Virus record (IMG/VR): IMGVR_UViG_3300035182_000347
Location: 5,433 to 69,432 of that record
Length of the DNA: 64,000 bases
Reading direction: 5' to 3' (one strand)
Origin: a virus
Part shown: one piece after another, positions 16,671-26,200 of the stretch
Numbering within the stretch: position 1 is the stretch's first letter
Layout of the letters: each line of letters opens with the position of its first letter
Program-made: the position numbers and the translations under genes
The notes under the pieces: model-generated
The model's database searches: none
Seen by the model: only the letters and a program-made list of their open reading frames with translations
Told to the model about the DNA's origin: nothing

Positions 16671-18620
16671 ATGGCGGCACGTGACTTGCTCCGGCTCCGG
16701 CTCCGGCTCCGGGGCGGCGGTGTCATACTTGCACCGAAAGGCGACTCGCTTGCCCCTGCTGTGCTGCCGATTAAGTTTCCCGGAGCGCAACTGGTCGGAG
16801 CGGCGTCTGTTCAATCGAACGCAGCAGCGACCGGTGTACTTTCGCAAACTCATAACCTTGTCGGCGCGACCAGCACGCAAGGCGGCATATCGGCGGCCGG
16901 GATCGTTGTCCAGCTACACGATCTCATTGGAGCGTCAAGCTCACAACCGAATGCAACGTCGACGGGATCGGCGACGCTGGTATATAACCTCGCTGGAACG
17001 CCGGCCTCGCAGTCATCGATAGCAGCGACCGGCGCGGTAACTCAAACGCACGTCATTTTTGGGGCCACAACGGATCAGGCGGGTGTTTCGGCTACTGGCG
17101 TAGCTACGCAAGCGCACCAACTGGCCGGATCGACTACCGCGCAAGCAAATACCACCAGCACCGGTGCGCTGGAAGCCACTTCCATAAGTTTATCCGGTGC
17201 GCCGTGCTCTCAAGGGGCTGTCGGCAGTACGGGCTCAGCTTCGCAGTCTCATGTTATAGCGGGCGCAGCGTCAAATCAGGCGCAGGCTTCTGCTACTGGA
17301 GCTATTGCGCAAGTTCATGCGCTGGCAGGGAGCGCCTCTGCACAAGCCAACTCAGCAGCCACAGGAATAGAAACACAGATTCACGTTTTAGTTGGCGCTC
17401 CCGCAATCCAGGCTAACGGCAGCGGTATCGGCGTCATCACTCAACTGGCTCAGCTAGTCGGCGCGACGAGTACGAATTCCAGTACATCATCAGCGGGCGC
17501 AGTTGCGCAAATCCACACCTTGCTTGGCGCTGCCTGCACACAAAGCCAATCAGCGGCAACAGGCGCGGAGACGCAAATTCACGTCTTGGCGGCAGTGTCA
17601 TGCAGCCAGTCCAGCGCGAGTGGCACTGGTTCGATCACGCAAGCTGTGCAATTGTCAGGCGCAACGAACGGGCAAACAAATGCGGCCGGTACTGGAAATA
17701 TTGCGCAGGTGCATGCGATTTCTGCTGCAGCCTGCGTGCAGGGCGCTGTGGCAGCGATTGCGGCTATTACGCAGGTGCATGCGCTTTCTGGCGCAGCAAG
17801 TGCAAATAGCGCATCAAGTGCGTCCGGTGCGGTAGCGCAAGTTCATTCGCTGGTTGGTACAGGAAGCGCGCAGACTAATGCGACCAGTGTGGCGGCTCTG
17901 GGCGAATTGATCATCTACATAGCCGGGGCTACGAGCTCGCAGGGCAATGTTTCGAGCAGCGCGACGGTAACACAGGCGCAGATGCTGGTCGGCGCGAATT
18001 CAGCGCAATCCGCCGTCTCACCAGGTCCGACTATCACGGCGTCTTATGTCTTGACCGTTGGCGCTTCCGCTCAAGCAAATAGCGCGCTCTCTGGCGCGGT
18101 GACACTGGTACAACAACTGGTTGGCTCTGCGTCATCGCAAACGAATCAGACATCAACAGGTCAAGTTAGTAACGAGATAATTTTGGCTGGTGCACCATGC
18201 AGTCAATCTGAAAGCTCGGCGGCGGGGGTTGTCGAACAAACTCACATCCTATCGGCCGGGGCGGCTACTCAGATAGTGCTATCGAGCGGCATGGCGATAA
18301 CGCAGGAACACGCCATCATCTGCGCGCCAAGCGTGCAGGACAGCATTGCCGACTCATCAAGAATCGTTCAGGAATACCTGTTGTATGGTGCAAGCGGACT
18401 ACAAATAAATAGTGCAGCCGCAGCCGTTGTGGCGATTACCTTTCTGCGGTACAAAACGCTCGCCAGCGTCTCGGCCAATAGATCGATGGTTGAGGCGTCT
18501 GCCAACAGGACGCTAGCCAGCGTATCGACCAATAGATCGATGGTTGAGGCGTCTACCAACAGGACGCTAGCCAGCGTCTTGGCCAACAGATTATTTTCAG
18601 AAACAACTATCGAGGCATAG
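16671..18620 (+). CDS. repetitive Ala/Ser/Thr/Gln-rich fibre-like protein
   Basis: About 25 degenerate 22-aa repeats (Q.H.L.GA...Q.....G); GAGGTG SD. Confidence 0.8.
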   Translation: MAARDLLRLRLRLRGGGVILAPKGDSLAPAVLPIKFPGAQLVGAASVQSNAAATGVLSQTHNLVGATSTQGGISAAGIVVQLHDLIGASSSQPNATSTGSATLVYNLAGTPASQSSIAATGAVTQTHVIFGATTDQAGVSATGVATQAHQLAGSTTAQANTTSTGALEATSISLSGAPCSQGAVGSTGSASQSHVIAGAASNQAQASATGAIAQVHALAGSASAQANSAATGIETQIHVLVGAPAIQANGSGIGVITQLAQLVGATSTNSSTSSAGAVAQIHTLLGAACTQSQSAATGAETQIHVLAAVSCSQSSASGTGSITQAVQLSGATNGQTNAAGTGNIAQVHAISAAACVQGAVAAIAAITQVHALSGAASANSASSASGAVAQVHSLVGTGSAQTNATSVAALGELIIYIAGATSSQGNVSSSATVTQAQMLVGANSAQSAVSPGPTITASYVLTVGASAQANSALSGAVTLVQQLVGSASSQTNQTSTGQVSNEIILAGAPCSQSESSAAGVVEQTHILSAGAATQIVLSSGMAITQEHAIICAPSVQDSIADSSRIVQEYLLYGASGLQINSAAAAVVAITFLRYKTLASVSANRSMVEASANRTLASVSTNRSMVEASTNRTLASVLANRLFSETTIEA

Positions 18621-18622
18621 CC

Positions 18623-18949
18623 ATGAACACACTCATTACGGGAGACGACACGCAAGTGCCGATGACTCTACTGAAAAATGGAGAGACGTTCGCGATTAAT
18701 CCGGCCGCGATCATAAAGGCGCGCTTGGTATCCACGAATCATGTCTATCCACTGACGGACGACATTGAACAATCATTCTCCGATCCAGGCGGGGATTGGT
18801 CTAAGTCGTTGGTCATGATTCAGTTGCCAGGAAGCGCTACGGTGCACGTCGGGCAGCAAGGGCCGGCGCTACTCGAAGTGCAAGTAGATGACAACGGGAA
18901 AGTGACATGGTTCACGGACATCAACATTGTTCTCGGGCAGATACCGTAA
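18623..18949 (+). CDS. hypothetical structural protein (BppU-N-like)
   Basis: TGDD..V..TL, EVQV motifs. Confidence 0.6.
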   Translation: MNTLITGDDTQVPMTLLKNGETFAINPAAIIKARLVSTNHVYPLTDDIEQSFSDPGGDWSKSLVMIQLPGSATVHVGQQGPALLEVQVDDNGKVTWFTDINIVLGQIP

Positions 18950-19012
18950 TGGGCAACATGAACAACCTGGACTTTGGCGACCTGCTTCTGAAGGGTGCGC
19001 GCTGCCTAGCTT

Positions 19013-19034
19013 GTCGTGACGCCACACTAGGCGC
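19013..19034 (+). promoter_or_regulatory. putative late promoter, leaderless
   Basis: GTCGTGAC-GC-CACACT-6 nt-ATG(19035). Confidence 0.8.
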
Positions 19035-20150
19035 ATGTGCGAAAACCACGATGCCCTACTGAAAGCCAAGCCACCAGACGATCACGACATCTGGGGGCCG
19101 CATGAGTCCCCCTTTATTCGCGACCTGATCGAGCGCTGGACAAGCGACGGGCTGGAGCGATTCGGCCAGACAAGCGCAGAATTGCTGTTGTGGGTAGCGG
19201 GCAAGATGCACAAGCCTGGCCCGTCTGTAATTCGTCCCGGACCCATGCTGCGCTGGTCGGCTGAAGACCTGGCCAGAGTCAAGCAATTCCTTGAGGCATT
19301 GCCGCCTGAAGCCTTTACCATCAATGAATGGATGCTGGTAGTCGACTATCTGTTCCAGCGCTACCTGCCAGCCGACGCCATGATGCAAGAATCGCAATGG
19401 CAGATTGCGCGAGCCTCAATGATGGGGCGCGTGCAATCGAACATTGCCGCCATGTCTGCCGCCTCTGCTGCGCATATTGCCATGACGATTCCGGCCAGCG
19501 TGCCAGATATTGAGACGCAATTCGGCATCAGCGAGATACAGAGAGCCGCGATTGAGTTCGGTCAGGCGCGGTGCGCGCAGTACGTAACCAACGTCACCGA
19601 CGGTCTTCGCGGCCGCATCAAGCTGGCCATTACTGACTGGCAGGAGCAAAAGTTCCTCGGCACGCCATCAAAAATTGCCAAGCAAGACCTGCAATCCAAG
19701 CTGCTGGATCAGTTCGGCGAGGCCAATCGAGACTGGCGAAGGATCGCCATCACGGAAGCCGGCGAAGCGGCGAATCAGGGGTTCATCGGGGCGCAACCGT
19801 TCGGGACGCAGGTCAAGCGGATTGAGCAGTACCGGGGTGTATGCCCGTTTTGCGCCTCTATCGACGGCAAAATCTATACCGTGGTATCGCCAGATAAGCA
19901 CGACAAAGATGGCGATACCGAGGTCTGGGCGGGAAAGAACAACATCGGCCGATCAGCGGCACAGCGCAAGCGCACGGCGGATGGCTGGGTGAATCGAGTA
20001 AAGAATGAAATGCTGTGGGCTCCGGCAGGGCTTGCGCATCCGCATTGTCGCGGGCGCTGGGTTCGAGTCAATCTTCCCACACTCCCGATTGATGCTGAAT
20101 TATCTAGTTGGCTACGACAACAAACTGAAGCGAGAAAAAAGAATGGCTGA
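19035..20150 (+). CDS. MuF/SPP1 gp7-like head morphogenesis protein
   Basis: RDWRRIAITE, CPFC...DGK, HPHCRG. Confidence 0.85.
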   Translation: MCENHDALLKAKPPDDHDIWGPHESPFIRDLIERWTSDGLERFGQTSAELLLWVAGKMHKPGPSVIRPGPMLRWSAEDLARVKQFLEALPPEAFTINEWMLVVDYLFQRYLPADAMMQESQWQIARASMMGRVQSNIAAMSAASAAHIAMTIPASVPDIETQFGISEIQRAAIEFGQARCAQYVTNVTDGLRGRIKLAITDWQEQKFLGTPSKIAKQDLQSKLLDQFGEANRDWRRIAITEAGEAANQGFIGAQPFGTQVKRIEQYRGVCPFCASIDGKIYTVVSPDKHDKDGDTEVWAGKNNIGRSAAQRKRTADGWVNRVKNEMLWAPAGLAHPHCRGRWVRVNLPTLPIDAELSSWLRQQTEARKKNG

Positions 20151-20355
20151 TGAGGTCGATCAAGCAAATGACAGGGCGCTGCGGGATAACGACTTATGCG
20201 TGAGTATGGCACGCGATGCGGCGGCGAGAATACCTGTGGGCGAGGCTGGTGATTGTGATACCTGCGGGTCTTGGAATGGACGCCTTGTTGGCGGCATGTG
20301 CTCCCCATGCCGAGATCGTTACTCACGAATGGAGGCTATCAATGGAAAACCGTAA
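20143..20355 (+). CDS. TraR/DksA-like C4 zinc-finger protein
   Basis: MADEVDQA (DxxDxA) plus CDTC...CSPC. Confidence 0.75.
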   Translation: MADEVDQANDRALRDNDLCVSMARDAAARIPVGEAGDCDTCGSWNGRLVGGMCSPCRDRYSRMEAINGKP

Positions 20356-22411
20356 AATGATGATCATCGTAACCGGCGAACTCGCCAAGTCGTATGTGTC
20401 TGCACATATCCGCACCCTACCCAGCGGCAAAGTGATTCAGATTAAGGCGCACAATGACCGGCGCAGCAAGAAAGTCGAGCCAGGCGAGGATTCGCGCACG
20501 CCGGATATGTTCAGGTCGCCATCGAAGCCCATGCCCAAGCGCGACATTCCTGACGAGTGCTGGCGCAATCCAGAGAAATGCACGCCAGATTTGTTCAGCG
20601 GGGATACGGAGCTAGAGGAAACGCAGAAAGTAGGCGCTGGCGGGACGGCGGTACCGAAGGAAGGATTGGAAGTTGTTCCGCTGAAAGACGTTCTTGCTAA
20701 TCGTGAAGCGGAATTGGATGCCGTAGAGGCGGATTACGCAGAACAGCTAAAGGGATTTATCGGTGATCTTTCCGCATTGGATAGCAAAGTAACGCCTGTT
20801 CGAGGAAAAAAGGAAAATAAAGATGCCTTGAATGAACGCGCTGGCAAGGCACGTCGGGATTACGAGCAAAGGATGCGCGACATAAGCATCAAGTACGATA
20901 AGATCATCAAGTTGCACCCGGAAGAGATTGCACGCAGAGCAGAGTCAAAACGCATCAACGAAGCCGCTGCCGCATCCTTACCTGCGAAGATGGGCGCTGG
21001 AACTACAGACCGGATGACCAAATCCAAGCCGCGCACCCTGTTCGTTAAATCCCACATCAAGCAATTCACCCGCAAAGACGGCACCATCGTCAAAGAACAC
21101 TACGACAAGCGTACCAAGAAAGCGGAAGCCCTCGTCCCAGGACGCAATCCTGGTGCGCCAGACGAAGGCAAAGACCCGGAAGACATTCGCGGTTCAGCCC
21201 ACGGCTACGGCACCCACAACATCGAGGAAGGCGACGCCTTGAAATTCAATGCTGGCGACTTTAAGGGCGGCGGCAGGGTCAAGTCCGTCGGCAAGGATGG
21301 CGCAGTTGTCACTGACGAATCCGGACGCGATCATAACGTGCATTGGCATGAGGTGACGGGATTCAAGGCGGATCGTGGCGACGGCGGGAAGAAGTCTCCT
21401 TCTGATGGCGGCAAGCCCGTGAAAGAAGGCGACGATGAGCCAAATAAGGGTCAAGGGAAGGCGTCAACGGTTCTTGGCAAGCAAGAGCCAATCCCAGCCG
21501 AATCCTTCAAGGCCAGCGACTATGCAAAGTCGCATGATCAGTCCGACGTGAGCGTCGATAGCATTCTGGCGAGCTTCCCGGAAGACACGAAGGGGAAGAT
21601 TGCGAAGGCGGCTGATCGGCTGGCGAACATCGAAGAGACGTTCAAAATGTTTCACGCCGACGGAGAGTGGACTACTGAGCGGCAAGAGCTGCACAGGAAA
21701 ATCATGTTTGACGGCGTGGTTGGAAAGGATGAAAACGGGGATGAGGTGAAAATACCTGGGATTCTATCGCCCGAACGGCAAAAGGCAGCGCGACCACAGG
21801 ACGGTGATCTGCCCACATTCGTTCTTCTTGGCGGCAGGGGTGGATCGGGGAAGAGCTCTCTCAAGGGGCTGGTCTATGATCCCGAGCAATGCATCGTCCT
21901 GGATGCGGACCATATCAAGTCCATGCTTCCGGAGTACGAAGGATGGAATGCCGCGCAAGTGCACGAGGAATCCGGCGAACTATTCGATATGGCCGCTGAG
22001 TATTCCAGGATCATGGGGCTGAATGTAGTCCTGGACAAGACCATGAAGACCGCCAAATCAGCTGTCTCCGACGTGCATAAATTCAAAAAAGCAGGCTATC
22101 GGACGGAGGCGCATTACATGCACCTGCCGCGCCAAGAGGCAGCGAAGAGGGCTGTTAAGCGGTTTCTAGATGGCGGCGAGTCTGGTCGGTACGTGCCAGT
22201 TGAAATAGTGCTGAGCAACACAGGCAACGAAGATTCTTTTGATCAAGTCAAAGGCATGTGCGATGCCTGGTCTTTCCATGACAACAACGTGCCTCGCGGA
22301 TCAAAGCCGATTCTGATTTCCCAGCATGGCGACCCCATTATGAAGCGCAAAGATGTATTGAAGAAGTCACTCGGCAAGCGTATTATCTTTGTGAGGAGTG
22401 TAGCAAAATGA
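20342..22411 (+). CDS. multidomain protein with C-terminal zeta-toxin-like P-loop kinase
   Basis: GGRGGSGKS, LDADHIKSMLPEY, VHEES, NVVLDKT, GRYVP. Confidence 0.85.
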   Translation: MENRKMMIIVTGELAKSYVSAHIRTLPSGKVIQIKAHNDRRSKKVEPGEDSRTPDMFRSPSKPMPKRDIPDECWRNPEKCTPDLFSGDTELEETQKVGAGGTAVPKEGLEVVPLKDVLANREAELDAVEADYAEQLKGFIGDLSALDSKVTPVRGKKENKDALNERAGKARRDYEQRMRDISIKYDKIIKLHPEEIARRAESKRINEAAAASLPAKMGAGTTDRMTKSKPRTLFVKSHIKQFTRKDGTIVKEHYDKRTKKAEALVPGRNPGAPDEGKDPEDIRGSAHGYGTHNIEEGDALKFNAGDFKGGGRVKSVGKDGAVVTDESGRDHNVHWHEVTGFKADRGDGGKKSPSDGGKPVKEGDDEPNKGQGKASTVLGKQEPIPAESFKASDYAKSHDQSDVSVDSILASFPEDTKGKIAKAADRLANIEETFKMFHADGEWTTERQELHRKIMFDGVVGKDENGDEVKIPGILSPERQKAARPQDGDLPTFVLLGGRGGSGKSSLKGLVYDPEQCIVLDADHIKSMLPEYEGWNAAQVHEESGELFDMAAEYSRIMGLNVVLDKTMKTAKSAVSDVHKFKKAGYRTEAHYMHLPRQEAAKRAVKRFLDGGESGRYVPVEIVLSNTGNEDSFDQVKGMCDAWSFHDNNVPRGSKPILISQHGDPIMKRKDVLKKSLGKRIIFVRSVAK

Positions 22412-22599
22412 GCGCCAAAGAAAATGCAACAAAAGATCCATTATGGAAGTCTCACCCCGAATTGTTTGACGGGTATGACGGTACCGAGCGCGATGGCGAG
22501 CGTCAGAAACAGTTCTCTGACTATTGCGCCGAAATGATGAAGTCAGCGCCTGATTACATCAAACAGGCCGTCGCAGACGGGCAAGGAAAATCAGCCTAA
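22408..22599 (+). CDS. small hypothetical protein coupled to the zeta-like gene
   Basis: GAGGAG SD; ATGA overlap. Confidence 0.65.
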   Translation: MSAKENATKDPLWKSHPELFDGYDGTERDGERQKQFSDYCAEMMKSAPDYIKQAVADGQGKSA

Positions 22600-22604
22600 C
22601 CAAT

Positions 22605-22624
22605 CCGCCCTTCGGGGCGGTTTT
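22605..22624 (+). terminator. intrinsic terminator-like hairpin
   Basis: CCGCCC-TTCG-GGGCGG-TTTT. Confidence 0.65.
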
Positions 22625-22643
22625 GCCTTTACGGGAGGTGAAG

Positions 22644-23201
22644 GTGTCGCGGTTCGATCAAGCCCTGCAACTTGCCACTGAAGCCCATGCCGGGCAGGTG
22701 CGCAAGAGTACCGACATCCCCTACATCACACACCCGGTAGCCGTCTCCGAGTTGATCCGCAAGTATGGCGGCGATGAAGATCAGGCGATTGCCGGCCTAT
22801 TGCATGATGTACTGGAAGACGGTGGTCCGCAATACCGCGAACCAATCAAGGCACACTTCGGCGAGCGCGTGCTGGGCATGGTCGAAGCCTGTACCGATGG
22901 CGTGCCTGATGCAACCGGAAATAAGCCGCCATGGAAGGCGCGCAAGGTGGCGTACCTTGAGCACTTGTCAGAATCAGCCGGTGATGCGCTACTGGTCTCC
23001 GCTTGCGACAAGCTGCACAACATGCAATCCATCCTTTCGGATCGCCGCGACATTGGCGACAAGGTATTCGACCGATTCACCGCCAGCAAGGCGGAAACGC
23101 TGTGGTACTACGGCGAATTGGTGGCAACACTGACTGACCGCGTGCCGGCCAATCTCGCGCATGCCTTGCGCGCAGCCAACAAGGAACTACAGCAGGCCTA
23201 A
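22644..23201 (+). CDS. RelA/SpoT-family HD hydrolase (small alarmone hydrolase/Mesh1-like)
   Basis: AHAGQVRK...PYITHP.AV, AGLLHDVLED, DKLHN; GGAGG SD before GTG 22644. Confidence 0.9.
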   Translation: MSRFDQALQLATEAHAGQVRKSTDIPYITHPVAVSELIRKYGGDEDQAIAGLLHDVLEDGGPQYREPIKAHFGERVLGMVEACTDGVPDATGNKPPWKARKVAYLEHLSESAGDALLVSACDKLHNMQSILSDRRDIGDKVFDRFTASKAETLWYYGELVATLTDRVPANLAHALRAANKELQQA

Positions 23202-23229
23202 AAAGTCGGCACTGGCTGGGCGGCGAGTA

Positions 23230-23245
23230 GTCGTGACTGCATCAT
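23230..23245 (+). promoter_or_regulatory. putative late promoter
   Basis: GTCGTGAC-TG-CATCAT upstream of 23273. Confidence 0.7.
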
Positions 23246-23272
23246 CGCGTAAACCCACTCTGCGATGCCGTC

Positions 23273-26200
23273 ATGCTCAATTCAGCGAACGTCAGAATTA
23301 TCCTGGTCATCAAGTCGCAAGGCATGCTCTTCGACATGCCGATTCAAGTTGGCTCATCCGTCGATAAGCATGGTCGCTTCCGGCAGGCGCACACCCGCAT
23401 TCAAAAGGTGCGCGCAAAAGAACTTCCTAGCGTGCGGGAGCCCATCGCTGAAGAAATAAAGCCGAATACGCGGCTGGCTGCGTGGCTCGATAAGCATGGC
23501 GGAATTGGATCGGTAGCGAAGATCGTCGCCGAAGCTCCAGATGCCGCGCAGGCCAAGATGATTGACCTCATGGCGGGCGTTGGCAAACTTACTCCGGAGC
23601 AAGCGCGCAAGCTGCTCGATAGCGCCATACCGAACGACAGCCAGGCGGATTTGTTTGCTCAGGCACCAAAAGCAACTGATGGGACGGACGATCTGTTTTC
23701 TCAGCCAGCAACCGTCAAGGGCAAGTGGAAACTGAAGTCCCCTCCTCCCGCAGAAGAAAGCCATGCTCAAGCCACCGAAGCCATCGAAACAGAACCGCCA
23801 AAAGCGCCCGAAGAAAAACCCGCCGCAAAGCTGACGGAAGCGCAAAAAGTCGGCGCTGGCGAGACGGCAAAGCTCGACTATGAAGGATTCCGCAAAGAGT
23901 ACGAGGAGCTTTTCAATCGCATGATGTCCTACTCGCCCAATGAAGTAGGGTCTGGCATCTATGCGGATAAAATGGCGAAGCTGTCTGATGATTACCCGGA
24001 GTTCATGGATCGGTTCGACCGCAACGACGATGAGATTCATAACCTGAAGCGCATCAAGGCCATCAATGAGCGGCAGGGGCTTGATCTTGATGTTGCTGGG
24101 ATGGCATCTCAAACACTGAAGGAAAGCGGGCGATTGCCCGAGGTATTTGCTGATGTACCAAGCGCACAACCAGTAACGGCACCGCCTCACGGCGAGGCCA
24201 TCCAATTCGGCGTCCAGGCCGGCATCACCAAGCAAGCCAGGCGTGACCTGAATGCGCAAGCCGTAGCCATCGTGCAGCGCGGCGGACCATTCTCAGATGA
24301 CGACAAAGCCATCTTGCGGCAATACTCCGGAAACGGCGGCTGCGGCGATTCGCTCAACGAGTATTACACTCGGCAAGACGTGGCCGCGGCCATGTGGGTG
24401 GCGCTGCAAAGCATGGGCGTGATGGGCGGCAGCGTATTGGAGCCGTCGTGCGGGCCCGGTGTGTTCCTGCATACCGCGCCGAATAGTTTCAAAGTCACTG
24501 GCGTAGAAATGGATGGCGTTTCGGCACAAGTGGCGAAAGCCCTGCATGGTGACCGCCATGAAATCCAGAATGCCAGCCTGGAGCGCTTCGCCGTACAGGA
24601 TAACAGGCAGTTTGATGCCGTCATCGGCAATGTGCCATTTGGCTTGCGTGGCAGTCTGATCAGGGATGACAAGCCGCACCTGAAGACCGCCGAAGCCTAT
24701 TTCTGCGACACGGCCATGGACAAGTGTAAGGCAGGCGGCATAGTGGGCCTGATCGTCCCTACGGGCGTTATGGATTCGCGCACTAATCGCAAGTTGCGCG
24801 AAATGCTGCTGCGCAAGGGTCAGTTTCTCGGCGCGCAGCGCATGCCCAATACGGCATTCGAGCATGCGCATACCGAGGTGACTACGGATATTATCTGGCT
24901 GCGCAAGTATCCAGACGACGTATCCGGGGCGCTATCAAGTTCGCCAGTCGGTCAATCGCAACTCAAGTCACTGGGCATTTGGGATGATGAGTTCCTGTCC
25001 GGAAGCTACTTCACCGGGCGCGGAGCAGCGAACATTCACGGCAGTATGGAAGCTGGCTGGCGGGCCAAGGCTGGCATTGGCGCGGACATTACCGTGACCG
25101 GATCAATGAAAGATGTGGCCGACTCGCTGGCGATGTTCAAGCCGGAAGTGGCGGCGAAAATTCCCACCGTGCCAGATATTATGGATGCCGTAGGCGCTGA
25201 CGAGAAGGCGCGGGCAAAGGTGCTGGGCGCAACCATGACGCGCCCTTACGAGAAGCAAGGTAAAGCGGGCGATACGAAGACAGTCGACGGCATCGCCTAT
25301 GTACTGCAAGGCCGCCCGCTGCGCTGGCACCGTGTGGATGAGGTGGTACAGTCCGAGGCGCTGATACAGGGGCGGGATATTGCGGCACGTATCGAAACGT
25401 TGATAGCCGGAAGTGCGCCAGTTGATCGGGACCAACTGCAAAAAGACCTGCATGCCTGGGTGGCTGCGCATGGTGTTCCGGCGAAGAACAAAGATGTTCT
25501 GCTTGGCGCGCAACAAGACAAGTCGCTATACCGCCTGATTGGTGCCGTTAATAGCCAGGGTGAGCTATCCGATTGGGTGACCGGCAAGGCGGCCAAAAAG
25601 GTCGCTGGCAATTTCGAGGCGACGGTGCAATCCCTGCTGAATGACCATGAAACTGCCGCCGTGCGCAGCATCGCACTGTCGGCCGGCATCCATGAAGAGG
25701 AGGCACTAGACCAGCTCTATGGCTCACCCAAGTACGCGATTGACCCAGCAACAGGCGAATGGACTACGCAGGACATTTACCTGTCTGGCGACTTGTGGGC
25801 AAAGTCAGATGCCGCAAAGGAATCGCTGACCAATATCGACCTAGCCCCGGAGATGCGCAGCAAACTGGAAAAGCAGTCCGCGATGCTGATGGAAGCGATT
25901 GCACCGGTCTCGCTGGAAGATGCATTCATTCAGGTGAATTCTGCTTTCCTGCCAACGTCGATTCTCTCATCCTTCCTGACGTGGCGAAACAAGGAAGGAC
26001 CGCAGGCGAGAGATTGGTCAAAATCCCTCGATCCGGTCGAGGTGACATTTGCGGATGGCGTCTACACCATCGAAGGCGGCAACAAGTGGGGCATGCAGAA
26101 AGACCTCGACAAGTACCTGAACCGCACCGGCCTGCGCAAAGACGATAAGCACACCATTGATGACCTGAATGTTGAATTCAAGGAATGGCTTTGCGCATCG

